Virus record (IMG/VR): IMGVR_UViG_3300014205_000188
Span: 32,001 to 96,000 of that record
DNA: 64,000 bases
Direction: 5' to 3' (one strand)
Source: a virus
Lineage: Duplodnaviria; Caudoviricetes
Made by a program: the position numbers and the translations under genes. A model generated the notes under the pieces. That model saw only the letters and a program-made list of their open reading frames with translations, did no database searches and had not been told where the DNA came from. Below, piece after piece: positions 1 to 9,255 of the stretch (positions are counted from its first letter, which is position 1; every line of letters starts with the position of its first letter).

Positions 1-2
1 AC

Positions 3-1118
3 GACCTTGTTGATCACATCCAAGGTAAGTTCTCGTTCAAAGAGCGCCCTCAGTACGCCATCATTGTCAAGACCGGCAGTGCCAATCGTTTTAATCTCTC
101 AGCAGATAATTACGTTGGGGTTCACTACAGCTACATTTTTAATGCCAAGGCTGAGGGTTTCCCCGGAGTGGCGTTGGAGTGGGTGCAAGAGGACGCCATT
201 GCCATTCAGAACAACGGTGGGGTCTTCCCGTCAGCTCCAGGAGTCTATTACCTGGAGCTGACGGAGGACACTGAGTTCTACGTCGACTGCCTGCTCTCCA
301 TCTATGCCGAGCAGGTGACCATGCTGGGTTCGAGAACGGGCATGCTGGATCACGCCCCCGTCATGGGAAGCCTAAGGCTCTATGAGCAACCAGCCAACTA
401 TCAGTTGGTGGAGGGTTCAGAGTACACCCTGACCCTGGATGGGTCGGGAAAACCCACGGGTGAGATCAACCTCAACTATGACCTGTTAGGTGGTCGTGTC
501 CTGAAGGCGGACTACAAGACCCCAGGGCCATCAACAGGTCCTCACCCCTTGCAGCCCATGTACAAGAACAACACGGCCATCCCGGGCGTGTCCCTTGCCT
601 TCGGACGCCGCAATGAGAAAGGCGACCGCATGGTCGTGGTGGTGGATCGGATCCGGCAACCCGCGGCATTGGTCTATGGTGGCAAGTGGGACCTGGCTAT
701 GGATTTGGACATTACATCCAGAGATCCCTATGCCCAACAAGAGATCACGGACAGCACCCTCATGTACCTGGAGGCCATCTTGCGTCCGTACCTCTCCACC
801 GAGGGCATTGAGATCTCGGACTTGTCAGGGGGCGGTGAGTCGGAAGAACCCATGGACGAAAATGGGGATGACTACTACTACAATGCTTCGATCTCATTCA
901 CAGTTCAGACCGACTGGAAGCATTTGATTCCTCTGACCACGATGATCCGTCAGGTCTCGGCTTTGTCCTCCGACCAAGCTCGGTTGCTTGCCTTCCTCTC
1001 GGATGAGGACCTGGCCCTCTATCAGAACAACCTGGTGATGCTCGAGAGCTTGAATCTCAAAATGGTGGACGATCCCTATTTTGATGGTCGTGCAACAACA
1101 TTCGAGACAATTCGCTAG
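3..1118 (+). CDS. Putative tail terminator/completion (neck-tail junction) protein, 5'-truncated
   Basis: The frame is open from nt 3 (DLVDHIQGKFSFKERPQY...), so the gene starts upstream of the window rather than at 168. The C-terminal pattern 'WDLAMDLDITSRDP..QQEITD...YYYNASISFTVQTDW' resembles tail terminator folds. It lies just upstream of the sheath. Confidence 0.55.
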   Translation, partial: DLVDHIQGKFSFKERPQYAIIVKTGSANRFNLSADNYVGVHYSYIFNAKAEGFPGVALEWVQEDAIAIQNNGGVFPSAPGVYYLELTEDTEFYVDCLLSIYAEQVTMLGSRTGMLDHAPVMGSLRLYEQPANYQLVEGSEYTLTLDGSGKPTGEINLNYDLLGGRVLKADYKTPGPSTGPHPLQPMYKNNTAIPGVSLAFGRRNEKGDRMVVVVDRIRQPAALVYGGKWDLAMDLDITSRDPYAQQEITDSTLMYLEAILRPYLSTEGIEISDLSGGGESEEPMDENGDDYYYNASISFTVQTDWKHLIPLTTMIRQVSALSSDQARLLAFLSDEDLALYQNNLVMLESLNLKMVDDPYFDGRATTFETIR

Positions 1119-1126
1119 GAGTGCCC

Positions 1127-1549
1127 ATGCCCCTGTACAACTACCAGTGTGACTGTGGTCTTTTCTTTGAGGCTAGTGCCCCGATGAAAGACAACCTGAA
1201 ACCCAAGCCCTGCCCGCAATGTGGAAACAAGGCGGAGAGGTCCTTGCCCGAGGACCTCTCCGGGTCTTTCCAACAGGAGGCGCAAGGTACTGGGCCTCAG
1301 AACACTGGGGTGCATGACTTCGATTTGAACTATGATCGGGTCATTGGGTCCGCCGCTACACAGGGGTGGGAGGTCAACGAGAAAAGGCAGCATGTCAAGC
1401 GTCAGGTTTTGACGAACAACCCACATGCTACCAAAGAGGATCTGACCCGAAACCCAGATGGATCCTATAGCGTGTTGAGTGCCGAGGAGAGAGCCATCCA
1501 CGATCGGTCTATTGCCATCAACAATGCCGCAGCCAAGTTGCACAGGTGA
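1127..1549 (+). CDS. FmdB-family zinc-ribbon protein
   Basis: MPLYNYQCDCG..FE...KPCPQCG matches the FmdB signature (MPxYxYxC..CG..FE...CPxCG). An AGGAG SD at 1117-1121 favours ATG 1127. Confidence 0.8.
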   Translation: MPLYNYQCDCGLFFEASAPMKDNLKPKPCPQCGNKAERSLPEDLSGSFQQEAQGTGPQNTGVHDFDLNYDRVIGSAATQGWEVNEKRQHVKRQVLTNNPHATKEDLTRNPDGSYSVLSAEERAIHDRSIAINNAAAKLHR

Positions 1550-1551
1550 CC

Positions 1552-1568
1552 CGTTAGATCCTTGATAG
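1552..1568 (+). promoter_or_regulatory. Candidate phage late promoter, copy 1 (CGTTA-N7-GATAG), upstream of sheath
   Basis: Same motif and spacing as at 14602, 46873 and 56822, all intergenic and upstream of structural genes. Confidence 0.5.
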
Positions 1569-1680
1569 GCCTCGTACATGGACAGACACCCGGCTAAAGG
1601 CCGTGGAGAGGAGCCAAGAAAAGTTTCTTGGTGACATCTGTGGGCTGATCTAACCCGGCGACGGGATCACGAGGTGGCGA

Positions 1681-4600
1681 ATGGCTTACTACCCCCCCGG
1701 TGTAACAACCGAAACGACTTACGAGAATCCGCTTTCTGCGGTCTTGGAAAGTCTCAAGATCCCCGTTCTTGTTGGTGAGGGCAATGAGACCCTCTATCAG
1801 CAGGATCTGGAGGTGGTCCGTGGATCCTCCAGCGCTACCGATCAGCGGGTGGCTGGTGAGGATGTGAGTTCCCGCATGGTGGTTTCCCAAACCGCCGCTG
1901 GGGATGTGACCCTTGGTGACCCGAACGGTTCCCTGGACACCTTCCAGGTTCTGAATCGCCCTATCGTGACGGGGAACGGCACGGGTACAACAACCAACAG
2001 CCGCACGGATGTGGCTGTCACCATCAATGGGTCCCCAATCGTTGTTCGGGGTGTTGACGGTGCTCGTGGTCTAGTGCAGTTGGCCACCGTGGTGAACGAC
2101 GGAGACGTTGTTCTCTGCACCTATTTCTACAACCGCAGTGACACCCTGGTCACCGACGACGTTTCTGCCCAGGTTCCCAACCGGGCGGCAACAGTCAAGT
2201 CCTTGACGGGTGTGGCCGACGTCAATGCCCCCAACAGCACGTCAGAGGTTCTGTACCTCCATGGGGACTTGGTAAGCCTGGACGGAACCGTGACGGCTCT
2301 GGCCAACAACGTTTTGAATCTGAAGATTGACGGTGTTGACCGTACCATTGTGCTCCCCACTCGTACCGACTACACCATGGCCCAGGTTGCCGCCGCCATT
2401 ACGGCAGCACGGGCAGGGACGCTGACGGCAGCATCCTTTGTCAACAGTGCAGGGCACTCGGCTCTGATGCTGCAGTCTGATCACAGCCTCGCCGTGAAGG
2501 AAGGCAGTGCCAACAGCCCCCTCGGAATCCTGACGGGCACCGCTGACAACCGGGTGAGCACGTTCTACGTGTTCAACGGACCCATGGTTGATGGTACGGG
2601 CGGCGGTGTTGTAACCACTGACCCCGCCTCCGTGGTTGTGAAGGTCAATGGTAGGCAGTTCATTCCCACCTCTGTGGAGGGAAACGCTCGAGCCGTGACG
2701 ATCACCCCATCACCCATTGCCGGAGCCAGGGTCACGGTTCAGTACTGGTGGAACACTTGGCAGGACACGTTTGACAACCTCTACAACATTGGCGTTACGG
2801 CAGTAACCCAGTGCGGTTCGGTTCCCGGGGCGAATGACTACACTCAAGGTGCCGACTTCGTTCTGCACAACAACCGGATCATGTGGGGCACGGCGGCTCA
2901 AGTGGAAGCCGGGCTCAACACGGTTGGCTCGGAGCCTTTCAGTGAGACTCAGGTCAGTTTCACCCTGATTGACGACAGGACCTTCCTGTCCCCCTTGACT
3001 CCGGTCACGGCAACTAGCGGTGGGATCACTACCGACTCCAGGCTGTACTTCCAGCTGCCCGAGAATCCGACCCTGGGCAACGGTCGCGACACCCCGCTTG
3101 GTCAGAGCCTTTTCCAGACCGTGAGCAATGGACGTATCGACGTCCCCGTGAATCGTCCCGATGTGGTTTGGGCCTACTGGGGCTTTGATCTTCAGGACGC
3201 TGTTGCCCGGGGTCGGGTTGAGGTTCTGAAGGTTGACGGTTCGGTTATCACGTTGAAGGACCCGGTTCCCGTAGGAGCCCAGGTCTTTGGCACGTTCTAC
3301 TACAACCGTTTGACGGACGAGAGCTACACCCTTTCCTGCCTGGTACCTGGTGCCTCCAACGTGGGCCAGTACACCATGCAGGACTCCGGTGGAAATGACA
3401 TCTTCACCCCTGTGATGGTGTCCGGTGGTAAGGGTACCGCCCTGACGGGAGTCACGGTAGAGTTCCCCTCGGGTTCCGAGATGACCCCTGACCTCCGGTA
3501 CGAGTCGGGCAGCGGGACGTACTTCACGGGGCCCGCAGAGGAGATCGTAACCGTTCAGTTTGCTGCTCGGAAGGCTTCACCTGCCAAGTTCAGCCTCTCG
3601 GGTGCCGGTCCCTTCACGTTCATCCCCAACCAGTCCTCCTTCCTGAGACTCCAACTTCATGCTGTGGATGTCTTTGGAGCGACGGGTTTGAACCTGATGA
3701 GCCCCTCGAAGGTTGCGACTCACGTTGGTGGGTACTTTGCCTCCCTGGTAGGGGACGAGTTGTCCTATGCCGGCGGAGCGGGTGCTACCGTAGGTCAGAA
3801 CGTGACCCTGACGGCAACGGAGACCCTCACCCTGACGGTGGACGGAGTGGACATCCCGGTGTCCCTGCCCCCGGCTGCAGCGGTGGATGCCACCTACTTT
3901 GCGGCCCGCATCAATGACAATGCCAGTGGTCACATGGGTCTTTGCCAGGCGGGTTCCGCTGATGCAACGCTCGTGATGAATGCCGCTGCAACCCCGACGA
4001 ATGCTGCCACCTCGGATGACTACTACCTCGGTTGGAAGGTGGTGCTCGGCACCTCTGCCCTTCCGGGGGCCGCCGCAGGTGGGCAAGTTCGGACCATCCT
4101 CTCCTATGACGGAGCATCCCGCACGGCGACTATCGACGCCGATTGGGATGGTGGTCCTGCTACCCCCCCGGTAGCGCTTCAGCCCTACTTTGTCTATAAC
4201 CCGAGCACAATGGCCATTTACACGGGTGCTGCCCGGTTCAATGGTCCCGTCACCCTGGGGGCGGGGTTGCACGACAAGCTCAGGTTGGTATACACGGGTG
4301 ACGTTTCGGGGGCCCTTTCCCTTACTGGTGCAAACCAGGTTGACCTTGGTGACGGTCCCTTTGCTACCGCAGCCCTGTTGGCGGATGAAGTGACCTTGGG
4401 CATCAGGACCCAGATCACGGCCTTGGCTTCGGCACCCCATGCCGGTCTTGAGATTACTTGCACGGCCAATGCCGAAGGTCAGTTGGTTTTCAAGGTCCAG
4501 CTCCCCGGTGTTGACAATGCCGGTATCGTGCAGTTCCTGACGGCCGCCACCCCGGCTCAAGACTTCGCCGTCTTGGCGGGTCTTGACGCCGCTAGCGCGG

Positions 4601-6984
4601 TTGCCTTGGGACAGGCCGCCCTAGTACAGGGTCCGATTGCTCGGGCCTACGAGTGCCCCGCCACGGGTGAGGCGAAGCCCTTTGACAGGGTGATCCTGCG
4701 CAACAGGCTCCTTCCTGGTGGTGGCGGGTCCATGGCCGCTGACTTCGTTGTGTCCAAGACTGGCCTCTCGGTCAAGGTTGGCAACAGCGTGTTGGGTTTG
4801 GCTACGGGTGCAAGTGGTGTTGCTGGTAGTGCTGCAGTGGTACACCCCGCAACGCTCACGGGTGCCTCGGGACTCCTTGGTGGCCAGAGTGGCACCACGG
4901 CTCAGCCCACGGTGACCTTCTACGACGGCACAGGGTCCATTGGGGCGAACAACGTCTTCACATTCGATATCGATGGAGACTCCGTAACCACCACCTTCAC
5001 GGCAAGTGCCGGTGGTACGGTGACCCCGATTGGTTTGACCACGGTTGCAGGTTCGGTCCTGGCTCAGATCGCTGATGCCATGGCCGCCTACACGGGAGCT
5101 CCCTGGGGCAACGCCGCCACGGTCATCGCAGCGGGTCTGGTACGGCAGGAGGGTGCTGGTATTCGGTTGACTGGGGCCCTGACCAGTGCACCCGCAAGGT
5201 TGACGATCGGGTCGGGTACGGCTAACAGCGTGCTCGGTTTTGCCACGGGTCAGACCTCGTTGAGGTCTTTGACCTCGGTGGCACAGCTGGCCTCCGCTTT
5301 GATGAGCAACCAGCATGACACGTTCGTGAACTGGGTGCTCAGCCCGAGCAACTTTGCCGCGACCTCCTTTGCCACCTACGGGTTGGCTTCGGTGGAGACG
5401 GACTTGACGGGGGCTGAGTTCCTGTATGTACAGGATGCACCCACGTTGACTGCCGGTCTCGGGACGGTGTCCAGTGTTCTGGTCAAGAACCCGAGTCCCA
5501 ATGTCAAGAGTGCCCTTTTCTACGGGACGGGGCTCACGGCTCTGGACGCTGATGGTGCAACGGGTGACCCCGCGTTGAACGGGTTCTTCGTCAGCTCCAG
5601 TTCACCGACTGGTTCCGGCTCCGTGAACACCAGCGTGCTCAACAATGGTTCGGGTCAGGACGGCATTGTAGGTCAGACCTACCGTGACGAGGTGACGGGC
5701 TTGACCTTCACGGTCCTCCCGAGGGGTTGGAGCACGGACAAGAATGGACCTTGGGTCAGCTACCCCACTGGAAGCAATGCCACGTTCCGGGTGAGGGGTT
5801 CCAGGACCATGACCTGTGCCTCCTTGCCGATCAACCCGATCCCCGGATTGGAACTGAGGGTCACGAACACGGTTGGCGTGGGTATCGAGGACACGGCGAT
5901 TGTGACCACGTTTGAGCGGTCGGGTAACGAGCCCGCTATCGGGGAGAGTTACTACAGCTCCTACGTTTACACGAAGCAGGACTACGAGACCAAGTTCTTC
6001 ACCAAGATCTCGGATGTCGAGCGGGAGTACGGTGTGTCCCACCCGGACAACCCGGTATCCTTGGCTGCCAACATCATGATGAAGAACGGGGCGCTCTTGG
6101 TTGGTATCAAGCAGGTCCCGAGGGCTGCTGGTTCCACCCAGGCGGACTTGGTCACCTACCGCACGGCCATTGAGGAGTTGGAGAATGTTCTGCCGGGGAA
6201 CGTGACCCCCGACATCATCGTTCCGCTACGTGGCGACTCCTTGGAGTTGTTCCAGATCATCAAGCGCTCGTGCGACAAGATGAGCAGCTTGCGGTACAAG
6301 AGCGAAAGGACTTCCATCTTTGGAGTTTCCGCAGGGACGCTGCCGAAGGACGCCATCCTGATCGCTCGGAACATGTCCAACAAGCGGATGCGGATGGTTT
6401 ACCCGGACATGGCCCTGGTGACGATCCAGGACGGTCAGGGTAACACGAAGGAGCACTTGGTAGACGGTCCTTTCATGGCAGCGGCCTTGGCTGGTTCCGT
6501 AGTGTCCCCCAACGTGGATGTGGCAACCCCGTGGACGGGTAGGCTTTTGAGTGGGTTCACCCAGCTTGCTCGGAAGTTGAATGCCGTTGACATGAACCAG
6601 ATGGCTCAGAATGGTATTACGATCCTCGAGGATCGTCCTCCCTTCCTGCGGGTACGTCATGGTTTGACCACGGACATGTCGGATACACTGACCAAGCTTC
6701 CTACGATCGCCATGATCCAGGATGAGGTTCAGAGGCAGACCCGTCAGTTGCTGGATAACTTCGTTGGTCAGAAGTTCCTTCCCGGTGTCTTGTCCCAGAT
6801 TGAGGGCAGGTTGGCCATGTTGATGAAGAGGCTGGTTGCAGCCAACATCATCGTGGCTTACACGGGGATCAAGGCTCGGGTCTCGACCTCCGATCCTACA
6901 GCGGCCGAGGTGGAGGCTTTCTTCTCCCCCGTGCTACCTCTCCTCTACATCAACGTGAAGTTCCACCTTAGGTCAAGTTTGTAA
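1681..6984 (+). CDS. Giant contractile tail sheath protein (1767 aa) with many inserted modules
   Basis: Sheath-type N-terminus (YYPPGVTTET...IPVLVGEG) and C-terminus (AAALAG...MNQMAQNGITILE...VRHGLTTD...EVEAFFSPVLPLLYINVKF). SD GAGGTGG. Confidence 0.9.
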   Translation: MAYYPPGVTTETTYENPLSAVLESLKIPVLVGEGNETLYQQDLEVVRGSSSATDQRVAGEDVSSRMVVSQTAAGDVTLGDPNGSLDTFQVLNRPIVTGNGTGTTTNSRTDVAVTINGSPIVVRGVDGARGLVQLATVVNDGDVVLCTYFYNRSDTLVTDDVSAQVPNRAATVKSLTGVADVNAPNSTSEVLYLHGDLVSLDGTVTALANNVLNLKIDGVDRTIVLPTRTDYTMAQVAAAITAARAGTLTAASFVNSAGHSALMLQSDHSLAVKEGSANSPLGILTGTADNRVSTFYVFNGPMVDGTGGGVVTTDPASVVVKVNGRQFIPTSVEGNARAVTITPSPIAGARVTVQYWWNTWQDTFDNLYNIGVTAVTQCGSVPGANDYTQGADFVLHNNRIMWGTAAQVEAGLNTVGSEPFSETQVSFTLIDDRTFLSPLTPVTATSGGITTDSRLYFQLPENPTLGNGRDTPLGQSLFQTVSNGRIDVPVNRPDVVWAYWGFDLQDAVARGRVEVLKVDGSVITLKDPVPVGAQVFGTFYYNRLTDESYTLSCLVPGASNVGQYTMQDSGGNDIFTPVMVSGGKGTALTGVTVEFPSGSEMTPDLRYESGSGTYFTGPAEEIVTVQFAARKASPAKFSLSGAGPFTFIPNQSSFLRLQLHAVDVFGATGLNLMSPSKVATHVGGYFASLVGDELSYAGGAGATVGQNVTLTATETLTLTVDGVDIPVSLPPAAAVDATYFAARINDNASGHMGLCQAGSADATLVMNAAATPTNAATSDDYYLGWKVVLGTSALPGAAAGGQVRTILSYDGASRTATIDADWDGGPATPPVALQPYFVYNPSTMAIYTGAARFNGPVTLGAGLHDKLRLVYTGDVSGALSLTGANQVDLGDGPFATAALLADEVTLGIRTQITALASAPHAGLEITCTANAEGQLVFKVQLPGVDNAGIVQFLTAATPAQDFAVLAGLDAASAVALGQAALVQGPIARAYECPATGEAKPFDRVILRNRLLPGGGGSMAADFVVSKTGLSVKVGNSVLGLATGASGVAGSAAVVHPATLTGASGLLGGQSGTTAQPTVTFYDGTGSIGANNVFTFDIDGDSVTTTFTASAGGTVTPIGLTTVAGSVLAQIADAMAAYTGAPWGNAATVIAAGLVRQEGAGIRLTGALTSAPARLTIGSGTANSVLGFATGQTSLRSLTSVAQLASALMSNQHDTFVNWVLSPSNFAATSFATYGLASVETDLTGAEFLYVQDAPTLTAGLGTVSSVLVKNPSPNVKSALFYGTGLTALDADGATGDPALNGFFVSSSSPTGSGSVNTSVLNNGSGQDGIVGQTYRDEVTGLTFTVLPRGWSTDKNGPWVSYPTGSNATFRVRGSRTMTCASLPINPIPGLELRVTNTVGVGIEDTAIVTTFERSGNEPAIGESYYSSYVYTKQDYETKFFTKISDVEREYGVSHPDNPVSLAANIMMKNGALLVGIKQVPRAAGSTQADLVTYRTAIEELENVLPGNVTPDIIVPLRGDSLELFQIIKRSCDKMSSLRYKSERTSIFGVSAGTLPKDAILIARNMSNKRMRMVYPDMALVTIQDGQGNTKEHLVDGPFMAAALAGSVVSPNVDVATPWTGRLLSGFTQLARKLNAVDMNQMAQNGITILEDRPPFLRVRHGLTTDMSDTLTKLPTIAMIQDEVQRQTRQLLDNFVGQKFLPGVLSQIEGRLAMLMKRLVAANIIVAYTGIKARVSTSDPTAAEVEAFFSPVLPLLYINVKFHLRSSL

Positions 6985-6990
6985 GTCTGA

Positions 6991-7025
6991 TAAGGGTCAA
7001 GGGGGTGTAGCCCCCTTGACCCTTA
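6991..7025. repeat. Perfect 15-bp inverted repeat (hairpin) directly after the sheath stop
   Basis: TAAGGGTCAAGGGGG-tgtag-CCCCCTTGACCCTTA. Confidence 0.9.
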
Positions 7026-7026
7026 C

Positions 7027-7067
7027 AAAAAAGCCCTTTTGGTCGTGGGACCAAAAGGGCTTTTTTT
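7027..7067. terminator. Intrinsic terminator of the sheath transcript, probably bidirectional
   Basis: AAAAAAGCCCTTTTGGTC-gtgg-GACCAAAAGGGCTTTTTTT: 18-bp inverted repeat that begins with A6 and ends in a T7 run. Confidence 0.85.
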
Positions 7068-7173
7068 GTTCTCTGACTATTTTTGTCAAAGAAATGTAAA
7101 AGGCCCAAAAAGGGCCAAGTAAGGCAACCATGGGTCTGTGTACAAAAGGTCACTCAGACCTATGGAGGTTCTT

Positions 7174-7395
7174 ATGTCTTTGCTACCGAAGTTTCAGCGT
7201 CATGACACTGTTCAGCAGGCAGATCACCATATCCACTACCATGTGCTAGAATTCTGTCTCAGGAGGGATGGCGGGTTCGATTACCTGTGTGAGGACAACT
7301 TGTGGCAGGCCCACCGTTACGTGCAGGAGGATCACCTGCACTGGTTGCCTGAGGAGGTTTTGAGTTTGGTCAGTCGGGTGATCCCGAGAACCTAG
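7174..7395 (+). CDS. Small hypothetical phage protein (73 aa)
   Basis: GGAGG SD before ATG 7174. Flanked by terminators on both sides. Confidence 0.6.
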   Translation: MSLLPKFQRHDTVQQADHHIHYHVLEFCLRRDGGFDYLCEDNLWQAHRYVQEDHLHWLPEEVLSLVSRVIPRT

Positions 7396-7398
7396 ATG

Positions 7399-7434
7399 AA
7401 AAGAGGCCCCGAGCTTACGTTCGGGGCCTCTTTT
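7399..7434. terminator. Bidirectional intrinsic terminator between convergent genes
   Basis: AAAAGAGGCCCCGA-gcttacgt-TCGGGGCCTCTTTT, between the + gene ending at 7395 and the - gene ending at 7477. Confidence 0.8.
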
Positions 7435-7476
7435 GTTCGTCAGGTCTTCGGTCTTTGGGAAGGAAGCCCGATTTGG

Positions 7477-7926
7477 TCACTCGGCATCCAGATTTTGGAT
7501 TCGGAATACCATGTGTAACCGTGGCTCTTGTGGGGTTTGGCTTTTTGCCCTCAGTTGTACCCGTCCTTCCGGGTTTCGGAAAAGAGTTCCCTCGGTACCT
7601 CCGGGGCCTTGTCCCTTGAAGCAGAGGGCTACATAGGGAGCTTCCTTGGAGCCAATGGTGGAAACAGTGTTGAGAGCGGAGTCAGGATGGTCCTCAAAGG
7701 TTACACCCATGAACTTGGAGGGGTAAAGAAGGCATGCAGATCCCCCCATTGACCGGACTACAAGGGGTTGTCCACAGTCCTTGGTGACCTGTGAGATGCT
7801 CTGATCAAAGTCAGGACGACACCAAAGCATAGTCTGCATGTCGGGGAAGCGGAGGATCTCAATCCCCGTAGGGGTCGAGGCGCACCCAGTTGACATCAGG
7901 AGTGTCGCAAGGAGGAGAGTTTTCAC
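7477..7926 (-). CDS. Putative lipoprotein
   Basis: MKTLLLATLLMSTG-C: basic residue, hydrophobic stretch, lipobox-like Cys. Confidence 0.65.
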   Translation of the reverse strand: MKTLLLATLLMSTGCASTPTGIEILRFPDMQTMLWCRPDFDQSISQVTKDCGQPLVVRSMGGSACLLYPSKFMGVTFEDHPDSALNTVSTIGSKEAPYVALCFKGQGPGGTEGTLFRNPEGRVQLRAKSQTPQEPRLHMVFRIQNLDAE

Positions 7927-7943
7927 GTTGAAATCCTTGGTGG

Positions 7944-8207
7944 CTACTTACGGCAGCGCTTGTTGCAAGAGATGCAGGAATTGCCACAGGGACAGCCACG
8001 GTTGCAGTGTTTCGCAGGGGCAGTGTATTGCACCCGGGGCCTTGCAACAGGCTTCTGAGGAGGCACGACCTTTACCCTTGGAGGTGGCGTAGTCTCCGTG
8101 ACTGGGGCCTCGGCTGGAAGAGGAAACGGGTTGGGCGTCTCGGAAAACGCGTGGCCACCAGTTGTCATGGCGAGCATGGTGGCAAACAAGAGGGCAAGGT
8201 ACTTCAT
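7944..8207 (-). CDS. Secreted small protein with Pro-rich linker and Cys-rich C-terminus
   Basis: Signal peptide MKYLALLFATMLAMTTGGHA; C-terminus HCNRGCPCGNSCISCNKRCRK; AGGAG SD. Confidence 0.7.
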   Translation of the reverse strand: MKYLALLFATMLAMTTGGHAFSETPNPFPLPAEAPVTETTPPPRVKVVPPQKPVARPRVQYTAPAKHCNRGCPCGNSCISCNKRCRK

Positions 8208-8258
8208 ATCGTGGTCTCCTAACTCGGAATGATTGGAATGGGGTGCTAGGGTTGGGGT

Positions 8259-8573
8259 TCAGAACGACCAAGAGAATGAGAGGTTACCGCCATTCGGGGT
8301 GACTTGAAGATCAAGCGGAGGGGGCGTCTGGACCAAACTGTCCATCTCACCTTTGGACTGTGTGACGATAAGGTAAATGAGCCCGGTCACAGCAGCAATC
8401 CCCACCATAACGCCGATCACAAGCACCCCATCCACTTCCCCCGCGTCACCCCCTCCACTACCAATGTGACAAGTGTCACTGTCTTCAATGTATCCGTTGC
8501 CACAGGGTTTACCTATGGCCACCGAGGGTGTCATCAGGAGGGTGGCTGCCAGTAGAGCGATGAGAGTCTTCAT
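8259..8573 (-). CDS. Secreted/membrane protein with CGN..I....CH motif, TM helix and aromatic-ending C-terminal strand
   Basis: Signal peptide, KPCGNGYIEDSDTCH, hydrophobic segment VLVIGVMVGIAAVTGLIYLIV, ends TPNGGNLSFSWSF. Confidence 0.7.
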   Translation of the reverse strand: MKTLIALLAATLLMTPSVAIGKPCGNGYIEDSDTCHIGSGGGDAGEVDGVLVIGVMVGIAAVTGLIYLIVTQSKGEMDSLVQTPPPLDLQVTPNGGNLSFSWSF

Positions 8574-8597
8574 AAAGTTGTCCTATTCTTGATGTTA

Positions 8598-8912
8598 CTA
8601 AGCTGCGGGGTTCTGCCAGATCATGAAGTGATCTGCAGATGTCAGGAGGGTCCAGCCCATGTCTTGGAGGGTTTCAGTGGCCCACATGACGTTCACCGGA
8701 ACGGTTTCCACAAATCCCCTGGAGTCCCTTTCCCACCCGAACGCAATCTCTTGGTCCGATGAAACCATCCGAACGACACGGATGTTGGTGATAGGACCCG
8801 GCCAGTGCTCATGCTCTTGTTCAAGAACCAAGAGCATGGTTCGGAGACCCTCGATCTCTTCGGAGTCTCGGACAAACTGGATGAATGTGTCTTCTGGTTT
8901 AACCTTGGCCAT
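8598..8912 (-). CDS. Hypothetical protein
   Basis: AAAGGAG SD; packed within the - strand gene run. Confidence 0.6.
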   Translation of the reverse strand: MAKVKPEDTFIQFVRDSEEIEGLRTMLLVLEQEHEHWPGPITNIRVVRMVSSDQEIAFGWERDSRGFVETVPVNVMWATETLQDMGWTLLTSADHFMIWQNPAA

Positions 8913-9249
8913 GGAGCCACTCCTTTTTGCCCTTGGTCATCTCTTCTGCAAGCAGCCCAAGTTTCAGATCGAATTCCTCAGGGGTCAGCAACCCCAGTTC
9001 CCGAAGGTGGCACAGAGCATCCACCCTTAGAAAAGTGGGGGACATGGGGATCTCCACAAGGGGAGGGAGCCTGGGTGTTTCCTTCCGAGGGGCCTCACTG
9101 CGGAGGGCAATGACGAGGAGTCCAAAGACGTTCAGGAAGAATCCCCAGAGGAAACCTTCAAAACCACGACCCTTGTCCAATCCGACAAGAAAGGAGAGAA
9201 GAGTCATAGTAAAGGACTCGAACAGGATGACAACAATTTCCTGGGTCAT
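8899..9249 (-). CDS. Membrane protein with C-terminal SHOCT-like domain
   Basis: Two hydrophobic segments (..KGRG..GFLWGFFLNVFGLLVIAL) and LCHLRELGLLTPEEFDLKLGLL, matching the SHOCT pattern L..L...G.l..EEF..K..LL. Confidence 0.7.
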   Translation of the reverse strand: MTQEIVVILFESFTMTLLSFLVGLDKGRGFEGFLWGFFLNVFGLLVIALRSEAPRKETPRLPPLVEIPMSPTFLRVDALCHLRELGLLTPEEFDLKLGLLAEEMTKGKKEWLHGQG

Positions 9250-9255
9250 GGTTTC

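Noticed and set aside
168-1118. GTG start at 168 given in the ORF track
   Set aside because: The frame is open and protein-like from nt 3, so the true start is upstream of the window.
3577-5316. Long antisense ORFs (327 aa and 231 aa) and similar shadow ORFs throughout
   Set aside because: They lie opposite clear structural genes, lack SDs and motifs, and are expected from codon bias in GC-rich sequence.
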